Both the position numbers and the translations under genes were made by a program. Of a stretch of 27,561 nucleotides of DNA, positions 15,588-21,954 are shown in pieces. Numbering within the stretch: the first letter of the stretch is position 1; each line of letters begins with the position of its first letter. The stretch lies in the NCBI GenBank assembly GCA_964573185.1, contig CAZNIQ010000007.1:1-27561 (forward strand). Reading direction: 5' to 3'. The DNA is from Candidatus Woesearchaeota archaeon (GTDB lineage: Archaea; Nanobdellota; Nanobdellia; Nanobdellales; CAZNIQ01). The notes under the pieces are model-generated. The model was not told the origin of the DNA and did not search any database. It worked only from the letters and a program-made list of their open reading frames with translations.

Positions 15588-15638
15588 TCAGTTAAGCCCG
15601 CCTTTCATCAAATTTCAGGGTCCCAGCTGTATCATCAT
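15588..15638 (-). ncRNA. box C/D sRNA (first unit, fused to the tRNA-Leu 3' end)
   Basis: Minus strand: C AUGAUGA 15638-15632, whose first A is the tRNA discriminator; 13-nt guide uacagcugggacc; D' CUGA 15618-15615; C' UGAUGA 15610-15605; 13-nt guide aaggcgggcuuaa; D CUGA 15591-15588. Confidence 0.88.
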
Positions 15639-15721
15639 GGGCCCGCCGGGATTTGAACCCGGGACGGCTCTACGCCATCGGGACCTGAACCCGACCCCTT
15701 TGGCCGCTCGGGCACGGGCCC
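15638..15721 (-). tRNA. tRNA-Leu(CAG): tRNA-Leu (anticodon CAG), class II with long variable arm
   Basis: rc: GGGCCCG UG CCCG AGCGGCCAA AGGG G UCGGG UUCAGGU CCCGA UGGCGUAGAGCCGUC CCGGG UUCAAAU CCCGG CGGGCCC A. Confidence 0.9.
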
Positions 15722-16936
15722 TTATGAAATTGCTTCTGCTATTATTATATTTCCCTTTATTTCTTTTATTCTTATCTTTTGAAAATTTTCGTTCTTTGAA
15801 TAAACAGATATTGTCCAATTTTTAAACTTCGTTAAATATTCATTTCTCCTCCTTCCTTCTACTATAGGTTCTGCTTTCAATACCATGCCTTTTCTAAAAG
15901 GATTCCTTATCATTTTTCCTTTCTTTATCCCTATTTCTCTTGGATCAAAATTTATCAATTTTATATTATATTTTTTCTCCAATTTTTTCAAGTAATCTAT
16001 AAATTCTTGTTTAGATATTCTTAGTTCTTTCCTCAATTTCCTTCCGTGCTTATAAACCATGTATATCTGCGGTACTATTTTTAATCTCCATTTATTCTTT
16101 AGTTTTTTAGCAAACTCAATTAATTTTTCCAGATCCTCTAAATTCCATTTAAAAATTACTGGAGTCAATGTTATTTCAACCTTTCCATTTATATTCTCAA
16201 TTATCCACAAAACTTTTTCTAAATCATAATCATGATTTCCTACTAATATTTTTGCCTTTTTAGGATCTAATGTATGAATTGAAAGGTTTATATAGGACAA
16301 TCCGGCTTCTATCCATCCTTCAACATCCTTCAAATCAACTCCTACTAATGTCGTTGTAATTCCAACCCTCCCAATTTCTGATAAGTCCTGTATAAGTTCT
16401 GTTAATTCTGGATACAATATTGGTTCCCCTTGAGGATTTATATAGAAATCTGGCTCATCAACTTCTTTTAGTTTTACAATTCTTTTTGCCTCTTCAACTA
16501 AATATTCTCTCTGAACTATAAAGTCCCTTATCCAGTATTTTTCTCTTGGTCCTTCACGAACAGAGCAAAAAATACATTGGTTTAAACATCCTGTAATTGG
16601 TCTTACCTCTATTACATTAGAAGGCCAATCTCTAAATCCAAAATATAAAGTTCCTAGCAAAGGTAAAAAGTCAAAATCTATATAGGTTGCTTTTCTTCCT
16701 GTAATTAAGGATTTCATTTCATAATGAATTTTATTGTAAAGAATGTCTAAAAATCTATTTTTCACATAATTTTCTTTTTTTGAATAAAAAATTATTACTC
16801 CATCTTTTACCTCAAATGGTGCTAAATCCCTTATTTCCTCCTTATATATTTCAAAATAAAACATATTATAGAAAATGCCTAGTATTTTATTTCCCCTTTC
16901 TTTGAATTTCAACGTTTTAAACTCAAATTTAAGCAT
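15722..16936 (-). CDS. radical SAM protein (COG2100-like Fe-S oxidoreductase)
   Basis: CxxxCxxC cluster motif GCLNQCIFCSV; 404 aa; stop TAA directly abuts G1 of tRNA-Leu. Confidence 0.7.
   Translation of the reverse strand: MLKFEFKTLKFKERGNKILGIFYNMFYFEIYKEEIRDLAPFEVKDGVIIFYSKKENYVKNRFLDILYNKIHYEMKSLITGRKATYIDFDFLPLLGTLYFGFRDWPSNVIEVRPITGCLNQCIFCSVREGPREKYWIRDFIVQREYLVEEAKRIVKLKEVDEPDFYINPQGEPILYPELTELIQDLSEIGRVGITTTLVGVDLKDVEGWIEAGLSYINLSIHTLDPKKAKILVGNHDYDLEKVLWIIENINGKVEITLTPVIFKWNLEDLEKLIEFAKKLKNKWRLKIVPQIYMVYKHGRKLRKELRISKQEFIDYLKKLEKKYNIKLINFDPREIGIKKGKMIRNPFRKGMVLKAEPIVEGRRRNEYLTKFKNWTISVYSKNENFQKIRIKEIKGNIIIAEAIS
15741..15752 (-). promoter_or_regulatory. TATA-like AAATATAATAAT at -31..-20 of tRNA-Leu, inside the last codons of the radical-SAM CDS
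   Basis: rc of 15741-15752; encodes the N-I-I-I of the CDS C-terminus. Confidence 0.5.
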
Positions 16937-16944
16937 TTTTAAAT
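16937..16944 (+). promoter_or_regulatory. TATA-like box TTTTAAAT at -31..-24 of the sRNA starting at G16968
   Basis: Identical motif and spacing to the tRNA-Cys promoter; starts 1 nt beyond the divergent radical-SAM ATG. Confidence 0.55.
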
Positions 16945-16967
16945 AATCTTACGTTAAAAAGTTTTAA

Positions 16968-17018
16968 GTGTAGAGGACGGTGTGTGCTGAATTATGATGA
17001 CGTTACCCGGCGTCCTGA
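16968..17018 (+). ncRNA. box C/D sRNA with degenerate 5' box C
   Basis: GUGUAGA 16968-16974 (alternative register UAGAGGA 16971-16977); guide ggacggugugug 16975-16986; D' CUGA 16987-16990; C' AUGAUGA 16994-17000; 14-nt guide cguuacccggcguc; D CUGA 17015-17018. Confidence 0.65.
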
Positions 17019-17048
17019 ATTTAAATTTTAATTTTAGTGTTCTTCTAA

Positions 17049-17097
17049 ATGATGATGAGTGGGTTTGCTGAAAATGATGAATGGCATGGGACACTGA
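17049..17097 (+). ncRNA. box C/D sRNA lying inside the 5' end of the UDG ORF
   Basis: C AUGAUGA 17049-17055; 12-nt guide ugaguggguuug; D' CUGA 17068-17071; C' AUGAUGA 17074-17080; 13-nt guide auggcaugggaca; D CUGA 17094-17097. Confidence 0.85.
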
Positions 17098-17705
17098 AAG
17101 AATTAGAAAAAGTTCATCAAGAGATCTTAAAATGTCAAAGATGTCCTTTATACAAATACATTACAAACAAAGTCCCCGGAGAAGGAGATCCCACTTCTGG
17201 AATAATGTTTATCGGAGAAGCCCCCGGGAGAGAAGAAGATAAACAAGGTAGACCTTTTGTCGGACCAGCTGGTAAACTATTAACAAAGATGATTGAAGAA
17301 AAATTGGGAATTCAAAGATCAAAAGTTTATATCACAAATGTTTTGAAATGTAGACCCCCAAATAATAGAGATCCTAAACCAGAAGAAATAGAAGCCTGCT
17401 CAATATGGTTAAAGAAACAGTTAGAGATTATAAAACCAAGAGTGGTTGTAACATTGGGTAGATACTCTACAGAATGGATATTCAAATATTTCGGTTTAAA
17501 ATTCACAAAAATTTCAGAAGTTAGAGGAAAAGTATATACTGTTAAAAAATGGGATCATGTAACTTATATAATTCCTACATATCATCCTGCAGCAGTTTTA
17601 TATCATCCGCAATGGAAAGAAGCTTTCGAAAGAGATTTTGAATTGATTAAGAAAGTTATAGAAGGAAAAGAAAAGAAGCCTAAAACATTGGTAGATTTCT
17701 TTTAA
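17049..17705 (+). CDS. udg: family 4 uracil-DNA glycosylase (Fe-S type)
   Basis: CQRCPL...GEGDPTSGIMFIGEAPGREEDKQGRPFVGPAGKLL...VYITNVLKCRPPNNRDP...HPAAVLY. The only in-frame ATGs upstream of the CxxC motif lie in the sRNA C box, so the true start is uncertain. Confidence 0.85.
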   Translation: MMMSGFAENDEWHGTLKELEKVHQEILKCQRCPLYKYITNKVPGEGDPTSGIMFIGEAPGREEDKQGRPFVGPAGKLLTKMIEEKLGIQRSKVYITNVLKCRPPNNRDPKPEEIEACSIWLKKQLEIIKPRVVVTLGRYSTEWIFKYFGLKFTKISEVRGKVYTVKKWDHVTYIIPTYHPAAVLYHPQWKEAFERDFELIKKVIEGKEKKPKTLVDFF

Positions 17706-17778
17706 GCCGCGGCCGGGATTTGAACCCGGGACCTGCGGGTTACGAGCCCGCCGCTCTACCGGGCTGAGCTACCGCGGC
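17705..17778 (-). tRNA. tRNA-Thr(CGU): tRNA-Thr (anticodon CGU), discriminator U
   Basis: rc: GCCGCGG UA GCUC AGCCCGGUA GAGC G GCGGG CUCGUAA CCCGC AGGUC CCGGG UUCAAAU CCCGG CCGCGGC U. The discriminator shares 1 nt with the UDG stop codon on the opposite strand. Confidence 0.9.
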
Positions 17779-17812
17779 ACAAAATATATCTTGTTTTAAC
17801 CCTTTTATATTT

Positions 17813-18190
17813 ATGCAGCGGTTACTCTTGTTTTTACTCTTACTGGCGATTTTAATTTTTCTCCCTATATTTTTGACCAAACTATATACAGAAGAAAACC
17901 ACGTAGAAATAAAATTTTCATATTGTGTACCATTAATAATAAGGCCAAAAGCAATATATTATAAAAATAACCACACTTTGCAAATATTTGTAAATAAAAA
18001 TTGTTGTAATACATATCTATCTGTAGAAACCTTTGATGAAACAATATACATAAAGGAAATTAAAAATGGTACTATCTGCAGATGTTTTTGTACAGCGATT
18101 GTAAACGTAATTTCTAATAGGCAGTGGAAGAACATCTATTTCGAAGATTTTACAGGAGAAAGAATAAAAATAAACATATTATATAAATAA
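17813..18190 (+). CDS. membrane-anchored Cys-rich protein (KNCC family member 2)
   Basis: MQRLLLFLLLLAILIFLPIFL signal/TM; SYCVP, NKNCCNTYL and ETIYIKE motifs shared with the 14153 gene; extra CRCFC. Confidence 0.5.
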   Translation: MQRLLLFLLLLAILIFLPIFLTKLYTEENHVEIKFSYCVPLIIRPKAIYYKNNHTLQIFVNKNCCNTYLSVETFDETIYIKEIKNGTICRCFCTAIVNVISNRQWKNIYFEDFTGERIKINILYK

Positions 18191-18220
18191 ATTATACAAT
18201 TTGAGTTAGAGTTTGGAAAA

Positions 18221-18549
18221 ATGAAAATAGATGGTAAGGATTTAATACTGATATAGTTTTGTATTCAAATGGAGGGTAGAAAGAAGACTAAAGGAGCTCT
18301 CAAAACATAAAAAGGAGAAATACATACATACCCTTAATAAGAGAAAAATTAGAAGCTATTATAAAAGAAAATTATAATTAAATTTTAATTGGAACGGGAA
18401 TTTATGGTTATTTACCTATAGAAAAAGGAGCTATAGATTATTTGAAAGAAAAAACAAAGTACATAATTATTGGAAAAAAGCAGAGATATCTTAGATTTGA
18501 TTAAAGATTTAAATAAAGTATAGTAGCAATAATTCGCATCACATGTTAA
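18221..18549 (+). pseudogene. decayed Mth938-domain (DUF498-like) gene
   Basis: No long ORF in the 383-nt gap. ATG 18221 gives MKIDGKDLILI then a stop. After a frameshift, one frame from 18271 reads GG*KED*RSSQNIKRRNTYIPLIREKLEAIIKENYN*ILIGTGIYGYLPIEKGAIDYLKEKTKYIIIGKKQRYLRFD*RFK*SIVAIIRITC*. The IDG start, IGTG core and C-terminal VAxIxxTC match my recollection of the Mth938 family. Confidence 0.6.
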
Positions 18550-18573
18550 AAAGTTTAAGGATTAAAGATTAAA

Positions 18574-19689
18574 ATGGATATAGAAAAGGCGATAGAGTTA
18601 ATAAAAAGGCCACCAACAGAAGAAGTTTTAACTGAGGAACTTTTAAGAGAATATTTAGAGCAAGGAGTAAAACTTAAGCATTATATAGGTTTTGAAATAT
18701 CGGGTTTTGTTCATTTAGGAACAGGTTTAATTTCTATGAAAAAAGTAGCGGACTTTCAGAAAGCTAAAATAGAAACGACTTTGTTTTTAGCAGATTATCA
18801 TTCCTGGATTAATAGAAAATTGGGAGGGGATTTGGAAACTATAAGAAAGGTTGCTAAAGGTTATTTTGCAGAGGCATTAAAGAAATCCTTAGAAATTGTA
18901 GGTGGGGATCCCGATAAAGTAAAAGTAATATTAGCATCAGAATTTTATGAGAAAATAGGAGTTGAATATTTTGAATATGTTTTGAGAGTTTCCATGAATA
19001 CCACATTATCAAGGATTAAAAAGAGTATTACAATTTTAGGTAGAAAACAAGGAGAATCAATATCCTTTGCACAGTTATTATATGTGCCAATGCAGGTTGC
19101 AGATATATTTGCTTTAAATGTTAACTTAGCTCATGGAGGAATGGATCAAAGAAAAGCTCATGTTATTGCTATAGAGGTTTCTGATGAATTTGGTTATAAA
19201 CCTGTAGCAGTACATCACCATCTACTTATGGGTTTGAATTTAACCGGAGAACAGGTTAAAGCTTTGAAAGAAAATAAAGAAGATGTTATTATTGATATAA
19301 AAATGTCTAAATCCAAACCGGATTCTGCAATATTTATACATGATACTCCTGAGGAAATTAGAAGGAAAATCAGAAAAGCTTATTGTCCTATAGGGGAAAT
19401 AGAATATAATCCTGTAATAGAGATATTAGAATACATAGTTTATCCCTATTTGAAGGAAAAAGAAGAGGAAATAGAAATTATTAATAAAAAGACAGGGGAA
19501 AGAAAAGTATTTGAAAATATTGAACAATTTAAGCAAGCATATAAGAACAAAGATGTGCATCCTTTAGATCTCAAAGAATTTGTAGCAGAAAAATTAATAG
19601 AGATGTTAGAACCGGCTAGAAAGTATTTCCTAGAAGGACCTGGAAAAAGATATTTAGAAGAGTTAAAGGAAATTAGAATCACAAGGTAA
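18574..19689 (+). CDS. tyrS: tyrosyl-tRNA synthetase (long archaeal type)
   Basis: [13 protein letters not shown] (HIGH region), [17 protein letters not shown], and AYCP...NPV near the C-terminus, paralleling M. jannaschii TyrRS. TrpRS not fully excluded. Confidence 0.8.
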   Translation: MDIEKAIELIKRPPTEEVLTEELLREYLEQGVKLKHYIGFEISGFVHLGTGLISMKKVADFQKAKIETTLFLADYHSWINRKLGGDLETIRKVAKGYFAEALKKSLEIVGGDPDKVKVILASEFYEKIGVEYFEYVLRVSMNTTLSRIKKSITILGRKQGESISFAQLLYVPMQVADIFALNVNLAHGGMDQRKAHVIAIEVSDEFGYKPVAVHHHLLMGLNLTGEQVKALKENKEDVIIDIKMSKSKPDSAIFIHDTPEEIRRKIRKAYCPIGEIEYNPVIEILEYIVYPYLKEKEEEIEIINKKTGERKVFENIEQFKQAYKNKDVHPLDLKEFVAEKLIEMLEPARKYFLEGPGKRYLEELKEIRITR

Positions 19690-19739
19690 TCAGACAGGGC
19701 CTCAGCTCATCATATTCAGCGTCGGTGTAGAATCATCAT
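19690..19739 (-). ncRNA. box C/D sRNA filling the gap between two convergent genes
   Basis: Minus strand: C AUGAUGA 19739-19733; 13-nt guide uucuacaccgacg; D' CUGA 19719-19716; C' AUGAUGA 19713-19707; 13-nt guide gcugaggcccugu; D CUGA 19693-19690. Confidence 0.88.
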
Positions 19740-19942
19740 TTTACTAATTTTATTTTTCCTGGAGAAACTTCTAAAACCTCCCCATTTTCTATAAGCAATT
19801 GCAAAAGAAAATTAAAATCTTCTTCTGGTAATCCCATTAATTCTTTTAGCTCTTCTATTGAAACACCATCTCCTCTGTCCAAATCCTCTATCAAAAATCT
19901 TAATTGTTCTAAATACTTCTTTACCTCTTTATCATCAAGCAT
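19736..19942 (-). CDS. small winged-helix-like protein (68 aa), function unknown
   Basis: GVSIEELKELMGLPEEDFNFLLQLLIENGEVLEV resembles a wHTH. The stop codon TGA (19738-19736) lies inside box C of the downstream sRNA. Confidence 0.45.
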   Translation of the reverse strand: MLDDKEVKKYLEQLRFLIEDLDRGDGVSIEELKELMGLPEEDFNFLLQLLIENGEVLEVSPGKIKLVK

Positions 19943-19950
19943 TATAAAAT

Positions 19951-19958
19951 TTTTAAAG
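19951..19958 (+). promoter_or_regulatory. TATA-like box TTTTAAAG at -31..-24 of tRNA-Ile
   Basis: Counted from G1 at 19982. Confidence 0.55.
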
Positions 19959-19981
19959 AAAACTAAATTTAAATACTATAC

Positions 19982-20073
19982 GGGCCCGTAGCTCAGCCTG
20001 GTTAGAGCGCCGGCCTTATAAGGCCGGGCTCTAAGACAGCCGGAGGTCCCGGGTTCAAATCCCGGCGGGCCCA
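19982..20073 (+). tRNA. tRNA-Ile(UAU): tRNA-Ile (anticodon UAU) with a 17-nt intron at the canonical 37/38 position
   Basis: GGGCCCG UA GCUC AGCCUGGUUA GAGC G CCGGC CUUAUA[intron]A GCCGG AGGUC CCGGG UUCAAAU CCCGG CGGGCCC A; mature length 75 nt. Confidence 0.85.
20021..20037 (+). other. tRNA intron with bulge-helix-bulge motif
   Basis: Intron AGGCCGGGCUCUAAGAC. C32-U33-U34-A35 pair with intron UAAG (20032-20035). The 3-nt bulges U36-A37-A and A-C-A38 flank this 4-bp helix, with both splice sites between bulge nucleotides 2 and 3. Confidence 0.75.
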
Positions 20074-20826
20074 TTAAATTTTGAACATACCAACGATCTT
20101 ACCTCTATTTACGATGACTATGGGAACGCTTTTCATAAGATAATACTTCTCCATCTTTTTATACAACTTTTCAAGCTTCTCTGGATTACTCAAAAGAATG
20201 TAAATAGGGTGTAAATGTGAATAACCTACAATTACTGCTATACTATCAAATTTCTGAGTTAGTTTATAAACATTATATGCCATGCCAATGTCTCGAGCTA
20301 AGCCCTTAGAATATAAAGAGGATAATACTCTTGCCCTTAAATTTTCCACAAAATTACTTATCATTAAAATATATTTATCCTGTTTCTCCATCATTCCTTG
20401 GGTAGCATTGAATACGGCTTTAAACTTTTGTAACCTATATAGTATTTCCATTAGAAAGTATACAAAAACGCCATAAGTGGCGTATAAATCTTCTTTGTTA
20501 AAATTTCCAAATAAAAGCTTCATTTGTGTATAAGCCCCAACACCCATCAATAATGCAATTTTCCAGTTAAAACTTCTTTTTCTTTCGAGGTAAACAGGAT
20601 CTATTTTCGCTAAGTATTTGTAATTCATATTCATTAATTCTTCTATACTAAAAAATGCTAGCAAGGTCTCAGGGCAGAACTCTGCATCGGCACAACCTTC
20701 AAACGCCACAACCTCTGCTTCTTCTATTATCTTTTCTAAATCTCTGCTTCTTTTGATAAACGGTAAATGTACTATTCCAGCGATTTTAATTTCCTTTCCA
20801 TTAAGTTCCAGCTCTTTTATTATCAT
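20074..20826 (-). CDS. TraB/PrgY-family-like protein, tentative (250 aa)
   Basis: N-terminal IKIAGIVHLPF and C-terminal RDIGMAYNV...IAVIVGYSHLHPI resemble the GTAHV and RD..M....VvG.gHl motifs of the TraB family. Stop abuts the tRNA-Ile 3' end. Confidence 0.35.
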   Translation of the reverse strand: MIIKELELNGKEIKIAGIVHLPFIKRSRDLEKIIEEAEVVAFEGCADAEFCPETLLAFFSIEELMNMNYKYLAKIDPVYLERKRSFNWKIALLMGVGAYTQMKLLFGNFNKEDLYATYGVFVYFLMEILYRLQKFKAVFNATQGMMEKQDKYILMISNFVENLRARVLSSLYSKGLARDIGMAYNVYKLTQKFDSIAVIVGYSHLHPIYILLSNPEKLEKLYKKMEKYYLMKSVPIVIVNRGKIVGMFKI

Positions 20827-20868
20827 AGCGAAGTAAAATTTATCAAAAAATTTTTTTAAAAGTTTTAA

Positions 20869-21417
20869 ATGAAATGCTACATCTGCAAAAGAAATGAAGG
20901 AAAGTTACACCCTATCTATGGATATCCTTTGTGTAGAAATTGCGCAAAAAAACTAATTTTTAGAAAGATTGGAAATAATCTAAGAAGATTAAAAATTAGA
21001 AAAAAAGAGGAAATTAAGGTCTTTATATGGGAAAGTTCTTTAAGTAACTTAGCTTTAGAATATTTAAAAGGAGTTATAGAAAAATGGAAGCCAAGACCTA
21101 AAATAATTTCTGTAAAAAATGACCCAGATGTAAAAATAGTCCCTGCAGAAGTTTTATTAGTTTATTTAATAGCCTCTTTTTATGATAAAAAATATTTCAA
21201 CGAATTCAAATACTTTTTTGAGAAAAATATTACCTGGAACGTTACAGAAAAAGAAGCAGAGTTCGTTACTGGACAATATTTAATCTCCTTTGAAAACGAA
21301 TTCCTAAATGATATATTTTTAAAGATGAAAGAAGTGCTAGATAAAAAACCAAGTTACTATAAAACGTACATAAATTTCTTAAGGTTCACATATGAAAATA
21401 ATATCTTTTTCCTCTAG
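20869..21417 (+). CDS. hypothetical protein with N-terminal zinc ribbon (182 aa)
   Basis: CYIC...CRNC; the 3' end overlaps the convergent methyltransferase gene by 39 nt. Confidence 0.4.
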   Translation: MKCYICKRNEGKLHPIYGYPLCRNCAKKLIFRKIGNNLRRLKIRKKEEIKVFIWESSLSNLALEYLKGVIEKWKPRPKIISVKNDPDVKIVPAEVLLVYLIASFYDKKYFNEFKYFFEKNITWNVTEKEAEFVTGQYLISFENEFLNDIFLKMKEVLDKKPSYYKTYINFLRFTYENNIFFL

Positions 21418-21900
21418 GATCTTTTCCTTAATTTTAAAATATCTTTTAATTAATTCCTCCCAGTTTTTCTTTCCCCTATTTAAAACAGATATAATAGCAA
21501 TACCGTCTTTCTTTATAGCCTCTTTTAATTTGGCTAGTATTTTCTCTGGTTGGGGATCATCCTGCAAAACAGTAATACAAAATATTAAGTCAAATTCTTC
21601 TTTAAAATTCATTTCTTTTAGATCCATTTTTAGAAATTTTACTTTTTTATTCTTTATTCTTTCTTTAGCTTTCCTTAACATATTTTCTGAAATATCTATA
21701 GCTATAATTTCATTACATATGCTCAAAAGATATTCTGTTGAAATCCCAGTACCGCAACCCGCATCCAAACACTTATTAAATCTCTTTTTCAAAAATCTCT
21801 TAATAATCTCAAGTTTTCTTCTCTGCTCCTCTCCGTATAACTCATCATAAATGTTCGCTAAATGATTGTACCACTCCTCAGCCCCTGCTCCAGTCATCAT
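21379..21900 (-). CDS. class I SAM-dependent methyltransferase
   Basis: Motif I LDAGCGTGIST and IAIDISENM. Start placed at ATG 21900 (MMTGAGAEEWYNHLANIYDELYG), which is the C' box of an sRNA. The track start GTG 21912 lies in the sRNA guide. Confidence 0.7.
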   Translation of the reverse strand: MMTGAGAEEWYNHLANIYDELYGEEQRRKLEIIKRFLKKRFNKCLDAGCGTGISTEYLLSICNEIIAIDISENMLRKAKERIKNKKVKFLKMDLKEMNFKEEFDLIFCITVLQDDPQPEKILAKLKEAIKKDGIAIISVLNRGKKNWEELIKRYFKIKEKILEEKDIIFICEP

Positions 21901-21925
21901 AATCAGGAGCACACAAGTTCATCAC
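21878..21925 (-). ncRNA. box C/D sRNA overlapping the methyltransferase start
   Basis: Minus strand: C GUGAUGA 21925-21919; 12-nt guide acuugugugcuc; D' CUGA 21906-21903; C' AUGAUGA 21900-21894; 12-nt guide cuggagcagggg; D CUGA 21881-21878. Confidence 0.85.
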
Positions 21926-21935
21926 TTATAAAAAT
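21926..21935 (+). promoter_or_regulatory. TATA box TTATAAAAAT for the HD-domain gene
   Basis: Centre is about 25 nt upstream of ATG 21955; directly adjacent to box C of the divergent sRNA. Confidence 0.5.
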
Positions 21936-21954
21936 AGTAATCAAAAATATTTTA

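Noticed and set aside
15615-15825. Two short ORFs (67 aa on -, 62 aa on +) across 15615-15825.
   Set aside because: Both are translations of tRNA-Leu and its flanks, explained by the tRNA and the radical-SAM 3' end.
20869-21417. Possible degenerate PP-loop ATPase (ESSLSN in place of SGGxDS) after a CxxC...CxxC ribbon.
   Set aside because: The resemblance rests on a single short, mutated motif. That is too weak without a profile search.
21862-21954. N-terminal 31 codons of the HD-domain ORF as given in the track.
   Set aside because: They read antisense through the C/D sRNA. ATG 21955 has a correctly spaced TATA box, and HD-family homology starts after it.
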